Translations under genes and position numbers: made by a program | Source: Fimicolochytrium jonesii | Taxonomy: Eukaryota | Reading direction: 5' to 3' | NCBI RefSeq assembly: GCF_025526975.1 | Contig: NW_026515693.1 | Location: 1 to 64,000 of the forward strand | DNA: 64,000 nt | Shown: in pieces, positions 1-12,117 of the stretch | Position numbering within the stretch: position 1 is the first letter of the stretch | Layout of the letters: every line of letters begins with the position of its first letter | The notes under the pieces: generated by a model | What the model saw: only the letters and a program-made list of their open reading frames with translations | What the model was told of the DNA's origin: nothing | Database searches by the model: none

Positions 1-66
1 CCCTAACCCTAACCCTAACCCTAACCCTAACCCTAACCCTAGCCCTAAACCTAACCCTAACCCTAA
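1..66 (+). repeat. Telomeric (CCCTAA)n repeat
   Basis: About 11 CCCTAA units from base 1, with two variant units near the proximal end. Confidence 0.97.
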
Positions 67-628
67 GCCGGGACGGTGAAAGACTCGAGAAAGTTGTGGT
101 GAGACGTAACGAACTCTTCGATCTTTTTGGCAGCTTTGGCATCATCATATTCGACGAGCTTGCTCTTGTAAGCTTCCATAAGAAGTCTGAAATGTTCGGC
201 TCATTGGGTGTCTTGCGTAACAGCACGCTCCCAAGTAGCGAAAGCATCTGCAACAGCCGCAACGATAGCTTGAGTTTGTTGGTCCATTCTTGCTTGTGAA
301 CGAGTGTAAGGGCGACGCCCAGTAGAGGGGCCACGTTGACAAGGAATGTCTTGGTGATGTTAGCGGTAGGTGGTGCTACCATGTAACGTCAGAGGAAATG
401 TAGACGATATTGGGCCCTTCTGAGAGGGCTGAGAGCAGTGTATTGTAGTGAAGAAAAAAGTAAGAAGCTCTTTGCAGCGGCCGCTCGACTGACAGCCTTA
501 TATATGGGCTGCCAGTGGGGCTTGCGTGGCTTCAGTGAGGCTTGGCGCCTTATGTAATGTATCACCGAGAGCTCTGGTGGCCAGCCCGGGTCTCGGATCA
601 AGTAGAAGTAGATGAGATATCCCCAACA
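67..628 (-). mobile_element. Truncated LTR retrotransposon (probably Gypsy): 5' LTR 382-628, PBS 371-381, broken gag-like start
   Basis: LTR TGTAACG...CCCCAACA matches the solo LTR at 4284. Minus-strand PBS TGGTAGCACCA abuts the LTR. An ORF MDQQTQAIVAAV... from about 287 has an internal stop and is cut by the telomere. Confidence 0.75.
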
Positions 629-685
629 GAAGCCCTCTAGAACGCCTTCAACGCGCGTACCGAAGACACGCCTCAATCCGTCACT

Positions 686-2308
686 ATGACCTGGCGACAA
701 GCGATGGCCTCCCCTCAATCAGCTGACTTCAAGCTCGCAGCTGATAAAGAGTTCCAAGCCCTAGTTGATAACGGGACTTGGGAGCTCGTACCCCATCCGC
801 GAAATCAGCGCGTACTTGGTAGTACTTGGGTACTTTGTCAAATCTTCAATCCGGACGGTACTTTCAAGAAATTCAAGGGCCGCGGTGTAGTTCAAGGTTT
901 TCGTCAATCCAAGGGTATTGATTATAACGACACCTACGCTCCAACCCTACCCATGTCAGTTCTTCGCCTTTTCCTCACCATTGCCGTCTCTCTTGGTATG
1001 GAAATCCATCAACTCGACGTCCCCACCGCGTTCTTACGCAGCAATATCAACGGACACGTCTATGTTGAACAATTTCAAGGCTACAATGATCCGCAGAAAC
1101 CACGCGCAGACTGGGTATACCTCCTACGCAAGGCTCTATACGGTCTCAAGCAATCTCCGCTTCTCCGGTACCGTACCCTTCGCGAAACCCTCAGTTCTCT
1201 CGGCTTTACCCCGTTCAAGAACTGCCCTTGCGTCTTCTATCGCTACGCAACAACGACGCGCACTCTGGAGGCTCTCCAGATGCCCCTTATCTATGTGGAC
1301 GATTTCATCGCCTGCTGCTTTCCCGTACACGTCAAGCAAGTGAAAGGTGAACTATGTTCTCATTTCAACTGTACGGATCTTCGGTCCCATCAAGAACTGC
1401 CTAGGTCTAGGTCTTCGATTACCAGCTCTCGCCGTCAGGGAACCAACTCAAAATCAGCAATGTTACCTATATCGACGGTTTACTTGAACGATTTGGACAA
1501 CAAAACGCTACCCCGGTCTTTACGCCATGCGCCGGCTCTGCGCGTACCCGACCAGCTTCCGCAAGCCCCCCTTTTCATAGCAAGCTTCTCCACCAGGAAG
1601 CAGTGGGGGCCCTCACGTGGGCATCCATTACCTGGCGCTGGGATATTTCAACTGCTGTCGGCTTCGTCGCACGTCAAGTCTCAGCTCCTACCCAGGCCGA
1701 CTGGAATGATGTACTTCGCATCATGCGCTACCTGAAAGGTACCCGCACCTTTGAGCTTACCTACAAGTCCAGTCATTCCGATCAAGCTGGACTCCGCGTC
1801 TATACAGACGCATCCTACGCAGACGATGTCAACGACCGCAAATCTACCGCGGGCATTGCCAGCTTCTTCAACAGCCAGCTTATCTACTGGAAAAGCACCA
1901 AGCAGGAAGTGCGTAGCTCTCAGCTCCACGGAAGCTGAGTATATCGCCGCATCCCTCGGTTACAAAGAGGTCTTCTGGCTCCGCTCGATCATCGCGGAGG
2001 TCTTCGGCGACGAATACGGCAACATCAAGGACCCCACGCCACTCCACATCGACAATCAGAGCGCCCGCGAGATTGCCAACTCCACGGCTATTACTCAACG
2101 CTCCAAACACATCGACGTACGCTACCACAAGCTACGCGACGGCGTGGCAAAGAAAGACGTTGTACTCCTCAACACCGCGACGCAGGAACAACTGGCTGAT
2201 TACTTCACAAAGTCTTTTCCTCCCAAGACACATACGAAATTTATTCAAGCAATTCAAGAAGGACGCGCTGACAGCAATAGACAGCCGGCGACGACTACGT
2301 CCGAATGA
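686..2308 (+). pseudogene. Copia pol (RT and RNase H), frameshifted
   Basis: Motifs QLDVPTAFL, LRKALYGLKQS, YVDD, YTDASYA, SSTEAEY, KHIDVRYH, ADYFTK; frameshifts near 1385 and 1905. Confidence 0.9.
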
Positions 2309-2366
2309 GACATACAGAACACCCATACCGGGACGGCTTCTGGGCACTACATACAAATCCGGCACC

Positions 2367-3020
2367 TTAACCCGCCACCGTGATAGCCGCCGCTGCCCCG
2401 GCACCGGGGGCTCGACCGGCTCCGGCTCCGCCTCCACCAGGCGGAACCCCTGGACCACCTCCCCCGCCGTTTCCGTCACCGTCTCCATCCTCACTCAAAG
2501 ACGAATCATCCATGTGCTTTTGCAAGTACTGGAGTCGCTTCATCATCTTGTCTCGCTCCCGTCTCTCGACTGCATCACTGTGGCGCTTCGCGTCTATCAT
2601 CTTTTCTTTTGATATGCCGCCTTTTGCCTTATATCGCGACTCCGAGACTGCCTTACATCCAAGGTAGTCTGCCTCCTCCATCAATGCCTTGAACAACCCC
2701 TTCTTTCGCTTCGATCGATCCAGTTCCGCCCTTGTAAACGCCAGGTGCTTCGCGAGGTTCTCATGGTTATCCTTGCGGTACCTCAACGTCGATACCTTCG
2801 TCGCCAATCGAAGAGCTCCTCTAACTCGGGCTTTCGACATCGAAGAGTTGCTTGCGGACGCTGCGGACGATGCGCGCGTAGAGCGCGTAGTCGGACATGA
2901 GGGTCCCGGAGGAGGTGCAGCTGGAGGGGCTGCGGGCGCTCCCGTCTTACGGGCCGTTTGCTTCTTCTTGCCGTCGCCGCTCTTCTTGCCACTCCCGCCA
3001 TTCTTGCCTCCGTTCGCCAT
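2367..3020 (-). CDS. Antisense accessory ORF of Copia element A, 217 aa, basic, with H3-tail-like motif
   Basis: ATG-initiated uninterrupted ORF between the RNase H stop and the PPT; KKKQTARKTGAP near the N-terminus; charged helical centre; Gly/Pro/Ala tail. Confidence 0.6.
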   Translation of the reverse strand: MANGGKNGGSGKKSGDGKKKQTARKTGAPAAPPAAPPPGPSCPTTRSTRASSAASASNSSMSKARVRGALRLATKVSTLRYRKDNHENLAKHLAFTRAELDRSKRKKGLFKALMEEADYLGCKAVSESRYKAKGGISKEKMIDAKRHSDAVERRERDKMMKRLQYLQKHMDDSSLSEDGDGDGNGGGGGPGVPPGGGGAGAGRAPGAGAAAAITVAG

Positions 3021-4283
3021 TGTTTCGCGTATCGTGTGGTAGTCTGGGATACGGTAGTTGAGTATGGGGAACGTTGGTCTTACCTCTCTGGGGCGACTGA
3101 CATCTGTCTCTTGTTTTATACCCGCGGCGTTTCCCCCCTTCTTTCATTTTACTCTTTCATTTCTTTCATTTTTAGTCATAGCTATTCATCCCCCCGACCG
3201 CCCGCTTTTCGCGTACGGCTGCACCATTGTACTCATTGTTTGTTTTATCTTTCACTTAGATAGACTTGTGAGTTTGAGTGGGGATGTTGGAGGTATCATC
3301 CTCCCAAGTCCCCGGTTAGGGTTCCCATAGTTTATTTCCTCACGTGACTTCCCTCCCGCTTGAGCCACGCTTCCGCGTATGGGACTTCACTCTTTTCTTC
3401 CCTTTCGGACCTCGCGTCCTCTTTCTACTTCAGACAACACTGTATAACTTCTTATACAATATAGGGCTTCGTCTCCCCATTACGTGGAGTTCGCTCATTA
3501 TCTGTTTCCTCTGCCGACTACTGCTAAGTAACCCATACCCGGAGATCGATTGAAGATATTTCGAACTCGAACCCAGACACAATCGATAGTCGACGACCAT
3601 ATCGAAGATGATGGAGACAGAGAGGAAGAAGACAATGTTACAGACGATGATTGATGAGGACATCAATGTTTGACAAAAGGCAAGACGTAGTAGTGCGCTT
3701 TGAACTGCGCATGAAATCTATAATATCCCAACGCCAATTATACGCCCAGAATCCTTGATGAACAAATAAAATCACCTTTATACGACAACGTCAAATACAG
3801 TCAAAACTTTCGACAATAAATTGACAAACTCGCGTTTAAGACACTCCGACGATAACCAAATACACCTGCCTTTACCAAAACCTTGCTTCACAACGACCTT
3901 TTGTCCTTGGATACGACTGACATGCGAAAAATGTAGGCGTAGGAGAGGATTTCACACATGAAAGCGCCCCCGACCCGACTCTCAACCAACCAGAAGCTCC
4001 CACAACGCCCGAAACGCTGAAGAAATCAACTGCGAAACGAGAAAACCAATTTCCGGTGGCCGTGTACGCCAAACGTTGAAGAAAACCCCGAGAAAAGATT
4101 AGCGACAAGACTGTATCTGTGCCAAAATTGCGAATGGAAAAAAGGAAAAACGACGTAGACCCCCGCAGGAAAAGAGAAAAAGACCTCGACGTAGCTAAAT
4201 CCTCTCAAGACAGTTAGTAGAGAGTTTGGACTTCGAAAAAATCCCGTAGCCTAGAAAAATATGTATAAAAACCCGACTGTTTT

Positions 4284-4558
4284 TGTAACGTCAGAGGAAA
4301 CGTAGACGATATTGCGCCCTTCCGAGAGGGCTGAGAGGAGTGTATTGTAGTGAAGAAGAAAGTAAGAAGCTTGTCGCAGCGGCCACTCGACTGACAGCTT
4401 TATATATGGGCTGCCAGCGGGGCTTGCGTCGCTTCAATGAGGCTTGGCGCCTTATGTAATGTATCACCGAGAGCTCGGGTGGCCAGCCCGGGTCTCGGAT
4501 CAAGTAGAAGTAAAGAGATATAATATGAAATACAAATGAATATGAGATATCCCCGACA
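4284..4558 (-). mobile_element. Solo LTR, same family as 382-628
   Basis: TG...CA ends flanked by a 5-bp target site duplication GTTTT (4279-4283 and 4559-4563). Confidence 0.9.
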
Positions 4559-4956
4559 GTTTTTCCCAGACCTTTGTACGATATGCAGAACACACCGACC
4601 TACAACAGAGCCAGTTCTATTTTCTCTACTCCCGACAACTTCTTCTAGTTCCTTTCAGACTTTCAAGGCGCGCTCACAGACACCGAGAGCTTAGACAAGA
4701 CGACCCCGAGTGTCGCGACTTGTACTTTGCTGACGTCGCAGAGGACTTGATAGATCAGGAATCTCGTAAGAATAGCTGAGAGTGTGATTGGATAACTCCG
4801 TTGTCTTGTTTTGTAGTCAACCCGCAGATATTTCCGATTTCGTATTTCGTACCTGTACCCATATTTCCCGACCCAGTATAAGAAGAAGGACTCTATTCAA
4901 AGCACCTGGATATTAAGGTGGCAAGACGACGCTCTCGCGTGAGCTCTCCTCTTGTG

Positions 4957-5469
4957 CTATTGAGACCGGCAGCTTATTTTTCTGACACCCGACCGTACCC
5001 CCTCGATTCGACAGACCCTCGCTTCTGCAGGCCACCACCACAGCGCCGTCACGAAAGTGTAGTCCCGGGGGACACTGTCAGCCGGGACACTGGTAGTAAA
5101 CTGCGTGGTTAGGCTAGCAAACAAATGCAATGCGTCGCCGTACACTTGAGTGTAATTCCGGAGCAGCCCGTGTATCGCGCGGCATGTCATTGATAAGCGT
5201 CGAAAACTGTTCAGATCAGTAAGATGCTTCAGCACCTCGTGCAGGATCTCCTCAGGCAAGTGAGCAAGGCTTGCTTGTGGCTGGCGTGCCGCAGCATAAC
5301 CAGGGCATTCAAAATTCTCAGTAAAACGCGTTACGATCGTCCCGTCCCTCCAGGTGCAGCGGTCAATGTGAGCTTTTTTGCCCTCCTCACTGGCGACGTA
5401 GCAATCAGTGTGGACCACATACTTCCAGCAGTGCTTGCACCTGGATGGGCGTAAGTGACAGGTATACAT
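4957..5469 (-). CDS. F-box domain ORF, possibly a 3' exon of the upstream gene
   Basis: SLAHLPEEILHEVLKHLTDLNSFRRLSMTCRAIHGLL fits the F-box consensus; boundaries uncertain. Confidence 0.6.
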   Translation of the reverse strand: MYTCHLRPSRCKHCWKYVVHTDCYVASEEGKKAHIDRCTWRDGTIVTRFTENFECPGYAAARQPQASLAHLPEEILHEVLKHLTDLNSFRRLSMTCRAIHGLLRNYTQVYGDALHLFASLTTQFTTSVPADSVPRDYTFVTALWWWPAEARVCRIEGVRSGVRKISCRSQ

Positions 5470-5497
5470 CCAGGGGCAGTGTGATTGAGGAGGGGCT

Positions 5498-6622
5498 TCA
5501 CCTGATAAACGGGCAATTCCAAGGGAAACCGACTTCTATCGCGCTCCGGTGATTCCGGAGCTTTCTGCGCTGGTGGCTATCAGGGGGCCGATCATCGGTG
5601 AGACACATCGCGCAGTGAAATGGATGAGACATCTCCAGCTGGACGCAAGCCAGTGTCTTGCCCTCGCTGCATTCACCGTCGAACCACACGGACGAAAGCA
5701 GTCCTTTGGGAAGACTTGTATGTGAATCATCTACGTCCTGAATCCGTTGAGCGCGCTCCACGGCCCAAAGAATGCCAACAGCAAAGACAAAAAACTGGTT
5801 GTCCAAAAGTGTGCTTCCCCATGTGTGTCGCCTCCCGATGTTGTCGACAAATATGAGCTGTTTGTTATTGTTGAATATGAGCTTTTCGTTTGCAATCCAG
5901 CGGCAATCGCTCATGCAAGGCTGAAAGTAGGTGACCTTTCGCCTAAAAACTACTGAGGTATTTTCCGCTTGGATAGAACCGGGAGGGTCTAAAGGGCGAC
6001 AGAGGGATCGCCGAGACGTGGAACGACCGGAACGACCCGAAGTTGGCGTCGGATCTGACGAAGGCACCGGTATCAATTCTGGATCCAGTTCCAAGCGAAC
6101 CTCATCCTTGTACCGAAAATCCCCAAGCGCAGGGCCTCGAATGGTGAACCAGGCGGTCCGGAGCAGTTCGTCTGACATTCTGAACTTTTCATCTCCAAGC
6201 GTAAATGCTGCGTTCCAGATGGACGCGGCCCTACGCAGGCCGACGGGTGCGATCCAAGAAAGGCAGACGTTACGCAGCTCGGCAAAAACGCTGAGCGCAA
6301 CGTCCGCGATGTCTTTAGTCTGTGGTGCATCCAGAAAGGCGAGCTCTTCAACCCACTGCCACACAGGCGGCGGGAGCTTGTGACGTTCTTCATGCGCAGG
6401 CTGCCAGCTCCGCTGCTTGGAACACAGGTAGATTATGGACAGCCAGGTGAATGCGGGCAGTTCAGTGGGCGTGAGTGGCTGACGAAAGTCGAGATGCAAT
6501 TCGCTGTCGCTGACGTTGGCCAGCGCCAAAACGGAAGCGTGTGTCTCGAGTAGGAGGCGAAGCTGAGCTGGGGAGCTGACAACGACGCCGGCGGTGACCG
6601 AAGAGCCGCCGTCGTTAGACAT
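5498..6622 (-). CDS. Hypothetical protein, may splice to the F-box ORF
   Basis: Long open frame; first plausible ATG gives MSNDGGSS; no recognised domain. Confidence 0.4.
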   Translation of the reverse strand: MSNDGGSSVTAGVVVSSPAQLRLLLETHASVLALANVSDSELHLDFRQPLTPTELPAFTWLSIIYLCSKQRSWQPAHEERHKLPPPVWQWVEELAFLDAPQTKDIADVALSVFAELRNVCLSWIAPVGLRRAASIWNAAFTLGDEKFRMSDELLRTAWFTIRGPALGDFRYKDEVRLELDPELIPVPSSDPTPTSGRSGRSTSRRSLCRPLDPPGSIQAENTSVVFRRKVTYFQPCMSDCRWIANEKLIFNNNKQLIFVDNIGRRHTWGSTLLDNQFFVFAVGILWAVERAQRIQDVDDSHTSLPKGLLSSVWFDGECSEGKTLACVQLEMSHPFHCAMCLTDDRPPDSHQRRKLRNHRSAIEVGFPWNCPFIR

Positions 6623-7537
6623 TTGTTTGCGTTCGTTCAAGCTAATAAATGGCAGATGTGCGCTACTGGCTTCGAGTTCGGACGACGCCTCGGCCTGAGT
6701 ACGTACTGGATGTACGCGTCCGTCACAGTGCCAGCTCGGGCGTTGATTTGGGACACGCTGAAGAGTACTGAGAGGGACCGTTGTAGACAGCATCCCGCCG
6801 CAGCAACTGCCTGCCGAAGCCTCCGTTGACTGGATGCCAGGGATGGAACTGTTTATCGCACCCCCGCCTGAAGTGGGAGCTCCTAGACCCGGAGGCTGCG
6901 GCGATCGCGAACGCGCTGCAATTCGACCAAATGACTGTCGTCGACGGTCTGGTTTTGGCGAACGCCGCGAGATACATTGGCATTGGTCAGTCGTCGTTTT
7001 CCAAGAAGGTTTGATTGCACGCGAGAGGGAATTGTCAGGTGGAAACGGTGTGGACACTTGTGGATGAAAAGACGTGGAACAATCCATCCAAGCCTGGGGG
7101 AACTGATTCTCTTCCGTTTATGCATTTCGTGACCTCGTTACGATCCATTCCCCTCCAGCTGATGGCCTTCCCGAAATCAATCCTCAAGATGTCCGACCGC
7201 TAGCCGTTTCCGGATTGGTAAATCAAGTACGAAGAATGCGGACCCAGAGGCGACGCTTATATATTTTTGACCTTTTCGAAGTACCTTTTTGGTTTCTCAC
7301 AACCTGCTCAGCGAGTCGCGATGGGTGGAAGTGCTTCAACCGAATGTTCTCCCTCGCCGGAAGGCTCCATTCAAAGGAGGAAGCGCAGTCCTACAAGATA
7401 CGGAAGCGAGTTCACACCGTGTATGTGCACTGGCAGCTCCAAAGGTTCTTATCCAGTCTTCATCACAACCGAAGTGCGCACAGGGGTTAACCATCACACC
7501 TCAAGTACTCAGTCATGGTCATAGCGTCCAGCAAACA

Positions 7538-8689
7538 TTACTGATGCATCAGGAGGATTTGTCGAACCCGTGCGGCGGAGTCGCTCACCGCTGCCATTTT
7601 CTCCACAAAAGTCCCGTCTGCCATGGAGAGCCTCTCCATTGCGGTGTCCGCGTCTAACCCTGGATGAACATTGCTCAAGTTCAAGAAGCGAAGATTGCCA
7701 TCCCGTATCACCGAGAAACGATGAATTGACGAGCCCAAATCGATCCCGTTAGTCTTGAAATTGACGGGAATATGTCGCAAAGTGCCGTCATCGAAGACTC
7801 CATTCTCCGGATCATGCTCTGTGTCCGGGGTAGCGTGACCAGACAGGAAGTCGAACCCTATCAAATCCACCTTGTTCCTCATAAGAGGAATGACTAGTTT
7901 TCCGAGGCGAGACGAGTAGAGGTTGTCGCCGTTGGTAAAGAGAATGTACTCGCAGGCCGGCAGGGTGGATGATTTGGGATGGGCTTCAGCGTGCACAAGT
8001 CTGTCAATAACGGCATCTGTGTACGCTGGCAAATGGAAGAACATTTCACAATGAGCAATAAGCTAGACGGGTGGAGGCGCATCCGGAGCGGCGAGGGTTC
8101 ACTAACCGTAACCATAGTCCGTCACATTGTCTTTGAGATGCGGATAACGTTGCTCGGCTTCCTGGCGCGGGATATTGACAGATATGATGGAAGTTTTGCC
8201 TTTCCCCGACAACTTTGCTAGGCGCTCCGTGTCTGTAATAACATCATCTAATTTCCGCTGCTCTTTTGAGGAAATTGGCTGCGTAACTACCAGGAGTACT
8301 GTTGCTGTGAGCGGAGGATTGTCAGGAAGGGCCAGGCTGAGCAAAAAAGCCGGCAGATATGCGAACTGCTTCGAATATGTTCTCGCAACGATACAAAGAT
8401 GTGGTGAGGGGATATCAGAACGATCCCAATCGCCGAAGGGTGGCGGGGGATTGTGCCGTCTCCAGCGTAATCTTCCAAAGATGACAGACTTGACAGTGAG
8501 CAGCGTGATGGAGAGAAGCATGAAGCCGGCGACAAAAGTCTGAAAGTATCGTTTCACTGCGCGACTTCGTGATTGGCCCCATGCCGGCTTACAGCCCCTC
8601 CTGTAGTGGATACGTCTTGATAAGAAGAAGCGGGAGTACGGGGCTATATTATCGGGACTAGGAGCCTGCTCTAGGTTGATGTAAACCAT
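7538..8689 (-). CDS. Type II membrane GT-A-like putative glycosyltransferase (TNGDN family), 2 exons
   Basis: TM segment FVAGFMLLSITLLTV; intron about 8107-8027 joins DYGY-AYTD in frame; YILFTNGDNLY, IDLG, C-terminal LLMHQ; homologous to the domain at 14430-15410. Confidence 0.75.
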
Positions 8690-10511
8690 GTCGTTGCGAT
8701 GGCAGCGTTAGAGCGTGTTCTTTCCGGTGGCGGGTAAGGTGGGTTGCTTTACGACTCTATCTATCAACCGGACTCGGACCACTACTAGCAGGACTTGCAG
8801 CTGGCGACGCGTCCCGTGATTACGTGATTATGAACACACACGAGAGCGGACGCAACAAGTCTTTCGAGCGAAGGAGTCCGCACCGCACCGGCGCTCACGC
8901 ACGCCTCCTGAATCCACACAAAAAGCTCTTCGCTAGAATAGTTGCGGGTATTTTCTCTTCGGATTCCTTGCGTTTTCACCTCGTATCCTCATCGAAAATA
9001 AATTGACCTCAAAGGGAAGGTCTCCCAATCTGTTCACGTGCTTTAGTATGATTTACCTGCACCGAGCTTTCAAGTAGCACTCCGCTCATGCTCGCATTCG
9101 CCTAGCTTTGCCCTTCTTCGGGTTTTTCATGGCATGCCCAATCCTTTGGGATCACCCATGTTTTGCCAGTACCTGGTGTCATTCCCAGACGTGGAATATG
9201 ATCATATAGTCAATTGACTTCCACACATCGCCAACCCCGAAGGATGTGAAGAATGGAATGGTGCGAGAGAAGCTTCGCCAGCTTGACGGAAGCGCGAGTT
9301 ATCATGCTGATGTAAGCTCGTCGCGTACCCGCATACCCGGTTCCCAACAGGCAAGGCCAAGATGCGCTGTAAATGTCCATCAACCATCAGGGATCCGACT
9401 GACATCCAGATTCCTCCTCGAAAACGGCTGAATACCACATACATTTCACTCAAAGGTGGGAGGCAGCTTTCTCAGAAAAAAAAAAAAGACCTTTGCCCGC
9501 ATGGGTCTACCACCGGCGCACAGTCAGCCGGCTTCCGCAGGATTCTTCTCGTGAGTCTTGTTTTTGAACACGATGATGTTCCAAATGTCGTCCTGACCCT
9601 CGTCCCCTCTGTGTGTTCCCACAGACGATGCACGTGGTGCACCTCGCCTACTCTAGCAAGGCGACTAGCGGTCGTGACGTTCGTCGCGGTGGCCACAACA
9701 TTCATATCGCTCCTCGCCTTCCTGACCCTGCGTGAATTCCAGTCGCTCTTGCACGCGCCTCCAGGCCGGCTGCTTATGCCTACCAAAAGCGAATAGGGGA
9801 GAGAGAGAGCTCCCATTTGAATCGGGGAAAGCAGCCGTAGTTGGATACTCCCCATGCATATAGTCGTCGGGGATTTGAGTGAGTGTGAACAACACACGCT
9901 GTTCACACATCCCACGGAGCGGAGTCTGTAACAGCTGTTGGGGTCGCCAGCCTGTACGAGGAGAGCCGAAGTGAGAGAGGAGTGGTTTACGACTTGTATA
10001 TTCCCAGGAAACCCGTGTACAAAAAAGCCGCATCTATAAGGAAAATGGGCACCTCTCCTATCCGTGAGCGATTCCCGATTGTAGCCCCCTGCTCGTGCTC
10101 TCTGTGTTGATTGCCCGCGACACTCGGTGGGTCTTGTATGCATATGCAAGGCGCATACCGGGGCTTGATTTCGCGATTCCTGACAATTGGCTGGCCCCGA
10201 CCTCCAATCTGTCCTGTCTACTATAGAGATATGGTATATATCGTAACAATATTGAAGTTAAATGAAGCGGCGCAAGAGGGCTGTCCCTGAATAAGACGCC
10301 GGAAAGATTGACGTCGTTGATCATGCTTTTCGAAGCTGGCGCCTGGCATAGATGAGTGCCGTTCACCTATTCCTGGTGCGTCTATTCTATATGTTCCTAC
10401 TCCTAGATACGTCCGCATGTCACCTCCTCCTCCCTGTTCATCTCCGACGTGAGCAGCCCCGCCACCCCATTGTTGCCGTGGATGACGTTGGAGGTATACA
10501 TTCCCTCATTT

Positions 10512-12117
10512 TTACGCCGCGGGTTTCTGACACAGAACAAACATGTGCAGATGGATTCGGTCGACGACAACGAGGTTCAAGCCGGCCCATTTGCAGACTT
10601 GCTCGAGGAGTTCGTAGCTGAAGACGTGCTGATGTATGCCGCGAACATCCTGGATAGGAACGGTAATGAGTGGGTGCGTCAGTGTCTCGCGGCACAACCT
10701 CGAGTACCCTCGCGGAAGTATCCTTACCTCATTCCTCAAACTCCTAGACCTAAAATGCGCCAACGTGCCTGCAGGCGCATCCATTGAGAGATCATGCAGC
10801 ATCATGATTTCATCAAAGTGCTCGCTTGGCTCGTGCTCCTGTGTTCCGCGCTCGTAGTGGGAGAGCAGGTCCGACATGGGCGTGTAGTCTCGGTATTGAT
10901 CGAAGCAGAGTTTCTTGTACGGGAGCACTAAGAAGAGATGGCTGTAGGAGTGGGAGGGACAAATGTCGTGTTAGGAGGCGGAAGTCTGGTGAGGAGGGCG
11001 GGAATGACAACGTACCCGCCCGGTTTCAAGACGGAAACCATTTGAGTGACAGCGCGAAGCGGGTTGGCGATATGTTCCAGCATGTGGCAAGCGGCTACAA
11101 AGTCATAAGGTTTTCCAATCGCACGGAGCTTCGACATATCGGTGACATCGACGACATGCTGGACGCCCATCTCCTTATTGGGATGCCACTGGAAGGTCTT
11201 CTGGCCGTCCTTCAGCTCATTCTCCCACAGCGTTGTTGCAGCAAAGTTGGAATTGTCAAGCGACGAAATGACGCTATAGATAGGAAGTACGTTGCGGAAC
11301 GGGTCTGATGATCCACCGATCTCTAATCCGTTTTTGCCGCGGAGGGTGTTGAGGACGGTATGGAGCCCGACATTTTTCTCCGGCATGTCATCGTCGACTA
11401 GGTTGGGCGGGATGATCAGGTCGGTTTTGAGGAAGACGAGACCTTCCGCTTTTGTGACGACGTCAACGGACTGGGTCGTGTCGATCCCGCGGTAACTGTA
11501 AGTAACGTCGAGGGCCAACGCTTTTGCGTCCCCGAAATGTTCATAAAGATTAACTTGTGTTGAAATTCGCAGTCGACGACCTAAGGGAGGGATGCGAATG
11601 AGGAGGGGAAAGTATGATTGGTCAGTCGACCGCCCAGTATGATCACGGATGGTGCATGGAGCGACGTCCTGGTTTCTTTGCCCGCAAAGAACAAAACTCC
11701 CACTTCCCTTCCTCCCGCTTACTCACCGATATGCAACTTTTTCACTGCTCTCGTCACATCTAGTTTCGCTTCCCCATCCCTGTACCAAGCCTTGAGAATC
11801 ACGGGCCTATCATTTGTCAATTTCGAAGGAAACGGGTCCGCACTCCCAGCGCCAGCACTTGAAGGAGGAACTACCAACGTCCCATGGGAAACAGTCTTCT
11901 CGGACACGACACCGGGACCATGGTGTGATGGTGGAATAGCGGCAGCGGCGGCAGCGTTGTTATTACTGTTTGAGAGACGAATAGAATTCGGGGCGGTTGT
12001 TGTTGTTGTTGTAGCGAGAAAGAGGGAGCGCAGAAGGACGCCGATGACGAACAGCAAGAGGATTGCCCTAGCGGGACGGGTAGCGAGGAAAGAGCCGCAG
12101 CGGGTGGCAGGGTTCAT
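10512..12117 (-). CDS. Membrane-anchored class I SAM-dependent methyltransferase (Methyltransf_11-like), about 4 exons
   Basis: N-terminal TM; GLEIGG, YDFVAACHMLEHIANP, VLKPGG-HLFLVLP; introns about 11725-11583, 11015-10942, 10726-10649. Confidence 0.8.

Larger units (their letters stand above)
629..3535 (+). mobile_element. 5'-truncated Ty1/Copia retrotransposon (element A): RT-RNase H, extra ORF, PPT, partial 3' LTR from 3285
   Basis: RVT_2 motifs and Copia RNase H; purine tract GAGTGGGGA followed by TGTTGG at 3285; LTR-like sequence is homologous to 31823-32063. Right end approximate. Confidence 0.85.

Noticed and set aside
3540..4900. Probable TE remnant hosting the solo LTR
   Set aside because: No ORF or termini to classify it.
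9200..10400. ORFs with a possible decayed zinc knuckle
   Set aside because: No convincing domain or termini.
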